From NCBI GenBank assembly GCA_947382875.1, contig CANDBG010000004.1, positions 7,067 to 71,066 of the forward strand: a stretch of 64,000 bases of DNA, given 5' to 3'. Under the pieces are notes generated by a model that was not told the origin of the DNA, did not search any database, and saw nothing but the letters and a program-made list of their open reading frames with translations. This stretch comes from an uncultured Oscillibacter sp. Lineage in GTDB: Bacteria; Bacillota; Clostridia; Oscillospirales; Oscillospiraceae. Shown piece by piece: positions 38,620 to 47,795 of this stretch. Each line of letters starts with the position of its first letter. Position 1 is the stretch's first letter. The translations under genes were made by a program, and so were the position numbers.

Positions 38620-39486
38620 ATGAAAAAATCCTGGCATATATTTGCGCTTCTGCTGTCGCTGTTGTTTGTGGCGCTGCTTTCGAGGGCCTTCCTTACGATA
38701 CCGGCGAGGAGCCCCTTCTCGGACAGGCCGCCGGATTCTTTGCTTGCGGAAGCGGTTGTTACGGAGGGAAGAACACCGAAAGCCGCCGCATACGACCTGC
38801 CAACAGAATGCGTCACTATGGAAGAATGGAACACGATGGAGCCATGGATGAGCGATGAAAATTACGCCCCCGCCCTTCTGGCGGAGCTGCCGGAGGCCAA
38901 CGCGGCGTTTTACGGCGTTGGCTTCGATACGGTCCTGATCCGTTGGGGGAACAGTCTGGCGGAATTCGACTGGCTGTATACGACGCCCCGATGTTTTCCG
39001 CCGCAGCTCTGGCGGCTGGATATCGACGGCGATTTTCAGGATGAGTTAATAATCGACTGCTACATTGACGGCGGCGCAGGCGTTTCCATAGAAGAGCTGC
39101 ACGTCCTGGAAATGAACGCCGACGGCACCATGACCGCGTTCACGTTCCCGGAGGCCCTTTGGCGGGAGCAAATCCTGGAGACGGCACGGACCTCTTACAC
39201 CGGCGAGGGCCGGGGCGCGGTCTCGTTCGGCCCGGACGCGGCAGAATTCAGCCTGGAGGACGTCCCTGCGGAATCGCTTCCCTCCGAGACGGATGTGCAA
39301 ACCTTAATTAGCACCAGAGAAGTCGCGCAGTTTACGTACGAAAACGACGTTTTTCGCCTGCGGGGCGCGTTTGCAGTCAACCCGGAAACCTTGGGCGGCT
39401 TACGCTATATCGCGGATTATTCCGCCAGCATATCCTATGAAGAAGGCATGTTTCTGCTGACGGATTTTCATATTATAGATTTTTGA
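38620..39486 (+). CDS. N-terminally anchored acidic hypothetical protein
   Basis: AGGAGG RBS, signal or TM helix, DIDGDFQDEL motif. Confidence 0.7.
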   Translation: MKKSWHIFALLLSLLFVALLSRAFLTIPARSPFSDRPPDSLLAEAVVTEGRTPKAAAYDLPTECVTMEEWNTMEPWMSDENYAPALLAELPEANAAFYGVGFDTVLIRWGNSLAEFDWLYTTPRCFPPQLWRLDIDGDFQDELIIDCYIDGGAGVSIEELHVLEMNADGTMTAFTFPEALWREQILETARTSYTGEGRGAVSFGPDAAEFSLEDVPAESLPSETDVQTLISTREVAQFTYENDVFRLRGAFAVNPETLGGLRYIADYSASISYEEGMFLLTDFHIIDF

Positions 39487-39504
39487 AATGAAGGAGTAAT
39501 TACC

Positions 39505-40125
39505 ATGGAAAAAGGTTTTACGATCACCTACGAGTACGGAGACAACCTGTACGTCAACACGACAAACCGCTGCAATTACAACTGTGAATTCTGCCTCCGG
39601 CACAACGGTCACGACGGCAGCATTTACACAGACAACCTCTGGCTTGAGCGGGAACCCACAAAGGAGGAAATCCTGGCCTCCATCGAAAGCCGGGACCTTT
39701 CAAAGTACGGCCAGCTGGTGTTCTGCGGTTTCGGCGAACCGAGTTACCGGATCGATGACATTGTGTGGGTGATCGACCAGCTCAAGGCCCACGGGAAAAA
39801 GATTTTTACCCGTATGGATACCAACGGTACGGGAAATCTAATTCATGGCCGGGACATCTGCCCGGAGTTTGCCGGACGTTTTGACATGGTGTCCATCTCC
39901 CTCAACGACGACACGGCGGACAAATACAACGCGCTTTGCCACCCCACTGTGCCGGGAGCTTACGAGGCCATGAAAGCGTTTGCAAAAGAACTCCGGCAGT
40001 ATGTTCCCCACGTCATGATGACTGTGGTGGATACGATACCGCCGGAGGAAATCGAAGCCTGCCGGAAAATCTGTGAGGAGGAAATCGGCGCAGAATACCG
40101 GGTACGGGCATATATTAAGGACTAA
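39505..40125 (+). CDS. TatD-associated radical SAM protein
   Basis: LYVNTTNRCNYNCEFC, LWLEREP, VFCGFGEP. Confidence 0.9.
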   Translation: MEKGFTITYEYGDNLYVNTTNRCNYNCEFCLRHNGHDGSIYTDNLWLEREPTKEEILASIESRDLSKYGQLVFCGFGEPSYRIDDIVWVIDQLKAHGKKIFTRMDTNGTGNLIHGRDICPEFAGRFDMVSISLNDDTADKYNALCHPTVPGAYEAMKAFAKELRQYVPHVMMTVVDTIPPEEIEACRKICEEEIGAEYRVRAYIKD

Positions 40126-40161
40126 GCGACAGGCTCCAGGGCCGGAAAGAGAGATTGTAGG

Positions 40162-40401
40162 ATGTTTCGTTTACTGGGAACCGTAATTATGGGCGCGCTG
40201 GTTGGCTGGATTGCCGGAAAGCTCATGGATGCCGAGGGCAGCCTGCTTTGGACGATTATTGTTGGCGTGGTAGGGTCTGCGGTTGGCAGCGTGGTTTTCG
40301 GCCTGCTGGGCTTCTACGCATTCGGATGGCTTGCGAATCTGTTTGTATCCATCGTCGGCGCATGCCTTTTTATCTGGATTGGCCGGAAAATGTTTCACTG
40401 A
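40162..40401 (+). CDS. GlsB/YeaQ/YmgE family membrane protein
   Basis: GALVGWIAGKLM...GVVGSAVG. Confidence 0.85.
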   Translation: MFRLLGTVIMGALVGWIAGKLMDAEGSLLWTIIVGVVGSAVGSVVFGLLGFYAFGWLANLFVSIVGACLFIWIGRKMFH

Positions 40402-40922
40402 ACCGTATTTGAGCGGGGCGCCAGACGCCCCCGCAGCGTGGGAATCCGGGGGAGCAGCCGCAGCAGCGGAATTCCCAATAAGAAGCACACGGCGGCTTCC
40501 CCCAAGCCCACCATCAGCGCGTTCAGCCCGAACGCCGGCCAGAAAGCCGCACCGCCCTGGACTTCAAACCAAGCGATTTCCGCTCCGACAATGACGGCGT
40601 TGCAGAGCACCGGCGGCAGGGCCGCCAGCCAGGGACTCGGCATCCGGCGGGTCATGAGGGCCGCCAGAAGCGTTGCGAGGGTGCCGAAGAACCAATCCAG
40701 GACGATCGGTGAGCCGAGGAAGTTGGCCAGGAAGCATCCAACCACCAGACCAGGAATGGCTTCCGGAAACAGGAAGGGCAGAAGCGTCATGGCCTCCGCC
40801 ACCCGGAATTGGACGCCGAAATATTGCGGGATGGGCAGAAGCAGCGTTGCAGCCGTGTAGACGGCGGCGATCAGCCCGGCGGCAGCCAGACGCCGTGTGG
40901 AGAAACGGGTTTGTGTTTTCAT
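40395..40922 (-). CDS. queT: queuosine precursor transporter (QueT family)
   Basis: QFRVAEAMTLLP, GCFLANF, GTLATL; AGGAGG RBS. Confidence 0.9.
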   Translation of the reverse strand: MKTQTRFSTRRLAAAGLIAAVYTAATLLLPIPQYFGVQFRVAEAMTLLPFLFPEAIPGLVVGCFLANFLGSPIVLDWFFGTLATLLAALMTRRMPSPWLAALPPVLCNAVIVGAEIAWFEVQGGAAFWPAFGLNALMVGLGEAAVCFLLGIPLLRLLPRIPTLRGRLAPRSNTVQ

Positions 40923-41096
40923 AAAAACCTCCTGAGAAACCGCGTTCAGAAAGAACGCGGCTTTGCCGCTTTTCCGGCAAGCGGTCCGCCGGTATGGAGT
41001 GCTGCAGGGCCGTCGGAGGCGCGGAAAAACGGCTTCCGACGGGAAAACCCGCAGGAGGCCGCAACAACAAAACATGCGGATAAAGGCCGCATATAG

Positions 41097-41130
41097 CCTC
41101 CATTTTTTTAGGCAGGGTGATGGCACCTGC
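41097..41130 (-). ncRNA. preQ1 class I-like riboswitch aptamer
   Basis: GCAGG-UGCCAUCAC-CCUGC-CUAAAAAAAUGGAGG: 5-bp P1, A-rich tail, CCA/UGG pseudoknot, upstream of queT. Confidence 0.75.
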
Positions 41131-41139
41131 TGAGTTAGC

Positions 41140-41168
41140 AGTATAACACAGCCGCAAAGAAATTGCAA
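41140..41168 (-). promoter_or_regulatory. sigma-A promoter of the queT leader
   Basis: TTGCAA-N17-TATACT with TGn extension. Confidence 0.75.
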
Positions 41169-41227
41169 GACGAATTTTTTCGTCCGTTTTAACTCTATGA
41201 AAGCAACGATTTGGCGAAGAGGAGGGA

Positions 41228-41584
41228 ATGACTATGAAAGGATTCCCTTATTTTTGGGGCGGTATAGCAGAGGCGAAAAGCATAAGGGCGATTTTATATG
41301 TGTTTCGTCCCGGGAAAAGCAGAGACCGGGTTGCTCTGGACACCTGTACTGGACGGGTTCGGCATATGGGCAGATTTTATGAGAGCAGGACCTATACATT
41401 TACGCTGGATGCACAGTTGTCAAAAGGCGATGTGGAATTGCTGCTGTTGGATCAGAAAAAACAGCCGCTGCTGAAACTTAACAGACAGCTTACATCGCAG
41501 ACAATTGGTTTGAACGGAAAAAGCAGATACTATCTCCGCTGGGAATTTATGAGAGCTACCGGAAAGTGTGAGCTGCGCTGGTGA
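41228..41584 (+). CDS. hypothetical protein (AT-richer)
   Basis: GAGGAGGG RBS; 118-aa ORF. Confidence 0.55.
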   Translation: MTMKGFPYFWGGIAEAKSIRAILYVFRPGKSRDRVALDTCTGRVRHMGRFYESRTYTFTLDAQLSKGDVELLLLDQKKQPLLKLNRQLTSQTIGLNGKSRYYLRWEFMRATGKCELRW

Positions 41585-41882
41585 GAAATGCGGCAGGATG
41601 TCCGAAAAACAGCTTGCCGTAGAAAAATGTTTGTATAACCCGCACAAGGATTTATTTATATGGTATGTACCGGCCGGAAGAAGGATATTTTTGAATGTGA
41701 AGACAGCGGCGGAGGCTTGTGTACAAACGGTAAAAAATTTGCCGTAGATATTGAAATTACACGGCGCTTGTGCTATCCTTGCTTATGTTGAAATGAGCAG
41801 ATGATCTGCAAAAAGCAGATTTTGCTGTCGAATCCCGCTTGCAGCGTTGGAAATTGTCGGACACTGCGGAAGAAATGAGGAG

Positions 41883-42761
41883 ATGACGCCAATGAGAGGA
41901 ACTCTGCCGGAACGGAATGACGCGCCCCAATCGTCGGAGGCGGCCAGAGCCGCCCGGAGCCGGGCCAGAAAAAGACGCCTTCAGCGCAGAAGAAGGCGCG
42001 TCCGGCAGCTGGGCCTGGCTGCAGTCATTGCCGTGGCCGCGCTGACGTTTTGCGCCTACGGCTTTTTGAACAAGAACACACCGGACCCGAAACCGGAAGA
42101 CTCGTCGGATGTGTCGGAGCCAAACGCTTCCGGCGGCGAGACGCTGGGAACGTCCCCGGAGGGAACGGACCCGGCAGGTTCCGGGGACAATGCGGTTCCG
42201 GCCATCAATCCGGACCCCGCTCCCGACCCGGAACCGGACCCCGAACCGGTCCCGGAACCGGACCCCGAGCCGCTGACGCCTCTGGAAGAGGAGGTCCAGG
42301 AGATCCTGGCTTCCATTATTACAGAGGATATGACCAAGCTGGAACAGCTTCGGGCGGTGTTTGATTTTACCCGAACCAGCATCGCCTATACCGGAGACTC
42401 GGACAAATCCGACTGGAAAGACGGGGCGTACTCCGGACTGATGCGCCGGCGCGGCGATTGCTTTACATACTACGCCGTCTCGCGCGCCATGCTGGACGCC
42501 CTGGGATTTGAAAACCTGGAGGTCACACGGGTGGGCGGTCCTACGTCCCACTATTGGAATCTGGTGAACTACAACGGCGGCTGGTATCATTTTGACGCAA
42601 CGCCCCGCAGCAGCAAAATGCCGTCGTTTGTAAGTTTTATGTTCACGGACAAAGAGGCGGCGGACTACACCGAACAGGCCGGACGGAATTATTATACATT
42701 CGATGGTTCCCTCTATCCGGAAAGGGCTGTGGACCCGCCGGAGGAAGAAACGGCGGAGTAA
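41883..42761 (+). CDS. membrane-anchored transglutaminase-like protein
   Basis: Basic N-terminus, TM, PEPD linker, GDCFTY / HYWNLV / WYHFDAT triad. Confidence 0.85.
   Translation: MTPMRGTLPERNDAPQSSEAARAARSRARKRRLQRRRRRVRQLGLAAVIAVAALTFCAYGFLNKNTPDPKPEDSSDVSEPNASGGETLGTSPEGTDPAGSGDNAVPAINPDPAPDPEPDPEPVPEPDPEPLTPLEEEVQEILASIITEDMTKLEQLRAVFDFTRTSIAYTGDSDKSDWKDGAYSGLMRRRGDCFTYYAVSRAMLDALGFENLEVTRVGGPTSHYWNLVNYNGGWYHFDATPRSSKMPSFVSFMFTDKEAADYTEQAGRNYYTFDGSLYPERAVDPPEEETAE
42210..42272 (+). repeat. short tandem repeat encoding a (PD/PE)n linker
   Basis: CCGGAACCGGAC-like units. Confidence 0.8.
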
Positions 42762-42801
42762 AAAGCGTCAAATCTGGATAAATGAAAGGACACGAACGAT
42801 T

Positions 42802-43359
42802 ATGAAGCGAATGCAGATTCTACTGTTGGTTCTGGCCCTGGCGCTGGCGCTGGCGGCCTGCGGCGGCAAGCCCTCGGAGGACGACGCCGGCGCGGATGCA
42901 GCACAGTCGGGGGACACATCCGGCGGCAGCGTTCCTACGCCCAAGGCGGGCAGTGATTTGGTGTTTTCCTACAAGGACTGCCCCCTTCCGATGAACGCCG
43001 AATTTGCGCCCCTGCTGGAATACCTGGGAGAGCCGGACAAGTATTTTGAGGCCGCTAGCTGCGCCTTTGACGGTTTGGACAAAACCTACACCTACGGCGG
43101 GGTGGAGATTATTACGTATCCGAACGAGGACAAGGATTATGTTTCCAGCATCCGCCTTCTGGACAACAGCGCTTCCACCCCGGAGGGCATTACGATTGGT
43201 TCCACTCCGGAGGAAGTAACCGCGGCCTTTGGCGAGGACTACGAGGAACGGGGCGATCAGTACGTTTACGAGAACGGCGACGCCACCCTGACGGTCCTGT
43301 TTGAAGACGGCGCGGCAATTTCCGTAGAATACATGGCGATCAACGATCTGCTGGGATAA
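42802..43359 (+). CDS. lipoprotein
   Basis: Lipobox LAAC; TPEGITIGST..EV..AFG motif. Confidence 0.8.
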   Translation: MKRMQILLLVLALALALAACGGKPSEDDAGADAAQSGDTSGGSVPTPKAGSDLVFSYKDCPLPMNAEFAPLLEYLGEPDKYFEAASCAFDGLDKTYTYGGVEIITYPNEDKDYVSSIRLLDNSASTPEGITIGSTPEEVTAAFGEDYEERGDQYVYENGDATLTVLFEDGAAISVEYMAINDLLG

Positions 43360-43369
43360 GGGGCCGGGA

Positions 43370-44887
43370 ATGCATCATAATGTTTTGAATGACCTCTGGC
43401 GCACGGCCCGGGAAAAACCGGAAAAACTCGCTTTTTCCGACGGTGTAAACGGTCTGACTTTCGGGGAAGTCTGCCGGCAGAGCCGCGCCATAGGCACATT
43501 TTTGCATCAGCGGGGAATTTACCGTCGTCCGGTGGTGGTTTTCATGGAGAAATCGCCCCAGGAGGTGACGGCGTTTTTCGGCGTGGTTGCAGGCGGCTGC
43601 TTCTATGTGCCGCTGGATGCGGAAATGCCTTCTGGAAGGATTCAGCTGATTTTGGACAACGTAAAGTCGCCGCTGCTGATTTGCGACGAGCATACTCTGG
43701 AAACGGCCCGGTCTTTTCAGCTGGACGGCGCGGAGGCTGTGCTTTACAGCGATTTGGCCGGTTTGGAGCCGGACGACGACGCCCTGGAGGACATCCGTAA
43801 CCGCGCTTTGGATACGGACCCGATTTATGTGGTTTTCACGTCCGGTTCCACGGGGATTCCAAAGGGTGTTGCCGCCTGCCACCGTTCCGTGTTGGACTAC
43901 ATGGAGCAGCTGTCGGAGGTCCTTGGCTTCAACGAACATACCGTTTTTGGCAGTCAGACCCCCCTGTATTTTGACGCCTGCCTGAAAGAGCTGTATGGGA
44001 CGATCAAATGCGGCGGAACCACATATTTGATTCCTAAAAGCCTGTTTTCCATTCCCGTCTCCCTGGTGGAGTACCTGAATGAGCACAAAATCAATACCGT
44101 CTGCTGGGTGGTTTCGGCCCTGACGATGATCAGCGCCTTCGGCACGTTTGAAATTGTAAAACCGGAATATTTGCGTACAATTGCGTTTGGAAGCGAAGTG
44201 TTTCCGGCGAAACAGCTGCGGCTGTGGCGGAAAGCGCTGCCGGAAGCCTCGTTCACAAATCTCTATGGCCCCACGGAAGGCACCGGAATGTGCTGCTATT
44301 ATCACGTTGACCGGGAATTTGAGGAGGGAGAGGCGATTCCGATTGGGCATCCTTTCCCGAACCGTGAGATTCTGCTGCTGGACGAAAACGGGCAACCTGC
44401 GGCGAAAGGTGAACCAGGTGAGCTTTGTATCCGCGGCACCACGCTGACGCTGGGTTACTACAACGACCCCGAGCGCACTTCTGCCGCGTTTATCCAAAAC
44501 CCGCTGCAAAGCGCTTACCCGGAGTGGATTTACAAAACCGGGGATATCGGGCGGTACAACGAACGGGGCGAATTGGTTTTCGTCTCTCGGAAGGACTACC
44601 AGATCAAGCATATGGGCCACCGGGTGGAGCTGGGCGAGGTGGAGGTGAACGCCGCCATGGTGCCCGGCATCCAAATGACCGCCTGTATTTACGATGGGCG
44701 GCGAAGCAAGATTGTACTTTATTACGTGGGCGGCCTGACGGAAAAGGAATTGACGGCCGAACTCAAAAACCGTCTGCCCCGCTATATGCTGCCAAACCGT
44801 ATCCTTCGTCTGGAGCGTCTGCCCCAGACGGCCAATGGAAAAATCGACCGCAAAGCCCTGGAAGCCTCGTATCTGGGCGCGCGGTAA
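43370..44887 (+). CDS. stand-alone amino acid adenylation enzyme (DltA-like)
   Basis: FTSGSTGIPKG, NLYGPTE, YKTGD, NGKIDR. Confidence 0.9.
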   Translation: MHHNVLNDLWRTAREKPEKLAFSDGVNGLTFGEVCRQSRAIGTFLHQRGIYRRPVVVFMEKSPQEVTAFFGVVAGGCFYVPLDAEMPSGRIQLILDNVKSPLLICDEHTLETARSFQLDGAEAVLYSDLAGLEPDDDALEDIRNRALDTDPIYVVFTSGSTGIPKGVAACHRSVLDYMEQLSEVLGFNEHTVFGSQTPLYFDACLKELYGTIKCGGTTYLIPKSLFSIPVSLVEYLNEHKINTVCWVVSALTMISAFGTFEIVKPEYLRTIAFGSEVFPAKQLRLWRKALPEASFTNLYGPTEGTGMCCYYHVDREFEEGEAIPIGHPFPNREILLLDENGQPAAKGEPGELCIRGTTLTLGYYNDPERTSAAFIQNPLQSAYPEWIYKTGDIGRYNERGELVFVSRKDYQIKHMGHRVELGEVEVNAAMVPGIQMTACIYDGRRSKIVLYYVGGLTEKELTAELKNRLPRYMLPNRILRLERLPQTANGKIDRKALEASYLGAR

Positions 44888-44905
44888 ATTATGGAGGAAA
44901 ACAAG

Positions 44906-45136
44906 ATGGAAGAACTGCTGAACATTCTGAACGAAATGCACCCGGACGTCGACTTTGCCACCGAAGAGCACCTGATTGACAACATGATTCTGGACTCTCT
45001 GGACATCGTGAGCCTGATTGCGGAAATCAGCGACGTGTTTGATGTGACCATCACGGCCCGGGATATCGTGCCCGCGAACTTCAACTCGGCGAAGGCGCTG
45101 TATGCCCTGATTGAAAAGCTGGACAACGAGGCGTAA
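44906..45136 (+). CDS. carrier protein (DltC/ACP-like)
   Basis: LDSLDI phosphopantetheine site; GGAGG RBS. Confidence 0.9.
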   Translation: MEELLNILNEMHPDVDFATEEHLIDNMILDSLDIVSLIAEISDVFDVTITARDIVPANFNSAKALYALIEKLDNEA

Positions 45137-45141
45137 CCCGT

Positions 45142-46728
45142 ATGTTCTTTACGTCCTACGAGTTTTTCGGGTTTCTGACGGTCCTGTTTCTCGTCTACTA
45201 TCTGTTGCCCAAACGCTGCCAGCAGCCTTTGCTGCTGGCGGCAAGCTATGTCTTCTATGCGGCGGCGGGCCTCTCCGGACTGCTCTATATCCTGGCGACG
45301 ACGGTTACGGTTTATTTTGCCGGTCTCCGGATTGGGGACAACCTGAAGCGGCAGAGCGCCTATTTGAAGGCCCGGAAGGCGGAGCTTGACAAGGAGCAGA
45401 AACGGGCCTACAAAGAAAGTCAGATGCATGTCCGGCGCCGCTGGCTGGTTGGCTGTCTGCTGTTGAACCTGGCGATTTTGGCGGTGGTGAAATACGCCAA
45501 TTTTTTCATTGCCAATGTAAACAGCATTTTATCTGCTTTCGGCGGAGGCGGGGAACTGTCGTTTTTATCCCTGGCATTGCCGCTGGGCATTTCCTTTTAT
45601 ACGTTCCAGTCCATCGGCTACCTTATCGACGTGTACCGCGGGACGGCGCCCGCCGAAAAGAATCTGATGCGTTTTGCATTGTTTGTGTCGTTTTTCCCGC
45701 AGCTGATTCAAGGTCCGATCAGCCGTTACGGGGATTTGTCGGAAACGCTTTGCCAGCCCCATGCCTTTACATCCAGACAGTTTTGTTTTGGTTTGCAGCG
45801 GATGTTGTGGGGCTACTTCAAAAAGCTGGTGGTTGCGGACCGGGTTCTTGCGGCGGTGTCCACGATCACGGGCGACCAGATGACCGGCGGTTATGTGCTG
45901 GCGGGGATGGTGCTCTATACCCTGGAACTCTACGCCGATTTTACCGGCGGCATTGACATTGCCATCGGCGTTGCGGAGGCCCTGGGCATTACCGTTCAGG
46001 AGAACTTCCACCGTCCGTATTTTTCCAAGTCCCTTAAAGAATACTGGCGGCGTTGGCATATCTCCATGTGCAGCTGGTTCCGGGATTATCTGTTTTACCC
46101 GCTGTCCACCTCAAAACCGATGCAGCGTTTTACGCGGTTCGCCCGGAAACGCTTCGGTGAAAAGGTGGGGCGGCGTATGCCGGTATATATTGCGACCTTT
46201 GTGGTTTGGTTTGCCACGGGCGTGTGGCACGGAGCAAACTGGAATTTTATCGTCTGGGGCCTGTGCAACTTTGCCGTTCTTATGATCTCCGAGGAACTGG
46301 AACCGCTGTACAGCCGGTTTCACCAGCGTTTTGCAGTGGGCGGACAGTCCTGGTACAAATTCTTCCGGGTGGGCCGCACGTTCCTTCTGATCTGCGTCCT
46401 GAACCTGTTCGACTGCTATCCTACGCTGTCCGGGACCTTCGGCGCGTTTGCGTCGATTTTCACCGCCGGAAATTGGAGTGTCCTTTGGGATGGCTCCCTG
46501 CTGTCCATTGGCCTTTCGGCGCTGGACTACGGCATTCTCGCCATCGGCACGGCGGTCATGCTGGGTGTGAGCCTGGTACAAAGAAGCGGCGGCGTGCGGG
46601 AGAAAATTGCCGCAAAGCCCTATCCGGTGCGGTTTGTGCTGTGGTACGGCCTGTTTCTGGCGGTACTGCTGGCGGGCGCTTACGGCGTGGGCTATGACGC
46701 GAGCCAGTTTATCTATAACCAATTCTGA
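45142..46728 (+). CDS. MBOAT acyltransferase (DltB/AlgI-like)
   Basis: PLGISFYTFQ, ENF.RPY, WRRWHIS, GVWHGA. Confidence 0.92.
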   Translation: MFFTSYEFFGFLTVLFLVYYLLPKRCQQPLLLAASYVFYAAAGLSGLLYILATTVTVYFAGLRIGDNLKRQSAYLKARKAELDKEQKRAYKESQMHVRRRWLVGCLLLNLAILAVVKYANFFIANVNSILSAFGGGGELSFLSLALPLGISFYTFQSIGYLIDVYRGTAPAEKNLMRFALFVSFFPQLIQGPISRYGDLSETLCQPHAFTSRQFCFGLQRMLWGYFKKLVVADRVLAAVSTITGDQMTGGYVLAGMVLYTLELYADFTGGIDIAIGVAEALGITVQENFHRPYFSKSLKEYWRRWHISMCSWFRDYLFYPLSTSKPMQRFTRFARKRFGEKVGRRMPVYIATFVVWFATGVWHGANWNFIVWGLCNFAVLMISEELEPLYSRFHQRFAVGGQSWYKFFRVGRTFLLICVLNLFDCYPTLSGTFGAFASIFTAGNWSVLWDGSLLSIGLSALDYGILAIGTAVMLGVSLVQRSGGVREKIAAKPYPVRFVLWYGLFLAVLLAGAYGVGYDASQFIYNQF

Positions 46729-46746
46729 CCGCCTGGAGGAAACAAG

Positions 46747-47793
46747 GTGAACATGAAGCGAGGCTTGAAAATCGGAATTTCCGCCATGATTGTCCTGGGC
46801 AGCTTATTCCTACTGCAGCGGCTGCTGATGCCCAAATATGTGGATGATATTGTCGAAGGCGCGATGGTGGCGGAATATTATCAGGAGGAAAAGGATCACG
46901 ACGTTCTGTTTGTCGGGGACTGCGAGGTTTACGAAAACTTTTCTCCCATCGTTCTTTGGGAGGAATATGGCATCAACAGTTACATCCGCGGCAGTGCGGA
47001 ACAGTATATCTGGCAGTCTTACTACCTCCTGGAAGACGCCCTCCGCTACGAGACGCCTCAGGCGGTGGTGTTCAACATCCAATCCCTGCAATTCAGCGAG
47101 TCCCAGCGGGAAGCCTACAACCGTATGAGCCTGGAAGGAATGGAGTGGTCGCCGGTAAAGGTAAAGGCGATTCTGGCGTCCATGCGGGAGGAGGAGCATT
47201 TTCTGGATTACGTGTTCCCAATTCTGCGGTATCACTCCCGCTGGAGCGAACTGACGGAAGCGGATGTAATGTATATGTTCCGGACGAAAAAGGTGTCCCA
47301 CAACGGTTACTATATGCGTGTGGACGTGCGTCCGGCGGAGGACGTGCCGGAGGGAAAACCCCTGGCGGATTACAGCTTCGGGGAAAACGCCTGGAAATAT
47401 CTGGACATGATGGCGGACCTTTGCGAAGAAAAGGGAATTCAGCTGGTTTTCATCAAGGCCCCCAGTCTGTACCCGTACTGGTACCCCGAGTGGGAGGAAC
47501 AGGTGGAGGCTTACGCCGCCGAACGGAATCTGCCCTACATCAACTTCCTGGAATTGCAGGAGGAAACGGGTATTGATTACACAACGGACACTTACGACGG
47601 CGGTCTGCATATGAACCTCTCCGGCGCGGAAAAGCTGTCGCGGTATTTCGGACGGTATTTGTCGGAGGAAATCGGCCTCCCGGACCGGCGGGACGAAACG
47701 GAGCTTGCCGCCGTCTGGAAGGAAAAAATTGCCGCTTATGAGGCGGAGAAACAGGCGCAGTACGCCTATTATGGAATCGAAAAGGAGTCTTGA
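46747..47793 (+). CDS. SGNH-like extracytoplasmic protein (DltD/AlgJ-like)
   Basis: N-terminal TM; LFVGDC block I; D.GLHMN block V. Confidence 0.75.
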   Translation: MNMKRGLKIGISAMIVLGSLFLLQRLLMPKYVDDIVEGAMVAEYYQEEKDHDVLFVGDCEVYENFSPIVLWEEYGINSYIRGSAEQYIWQSYYLLEDALRYETPQAVVFNIQSLQFSESQREAYNRMSLEGMEWSPVKVKAILASMREEEHFLDYVFPILRYHSRWSELTEADVMYMFRTKKVSHNGYYMRVDVRPAEDVPEGKPLADYSFGENAWKYLDMMADLCEEKGIQLVFIKAPSLYPYWYPEWEEQVEAYAAERNLPYINFLELQEETGIDYTTDTYDGGLHMNLSGAEKLSRYFGRYLSEEIGLPDRRDETELAAVWKEKIAAYEAEKQAQYAYYGIEKES

Positions 47794-47795
47794 CT

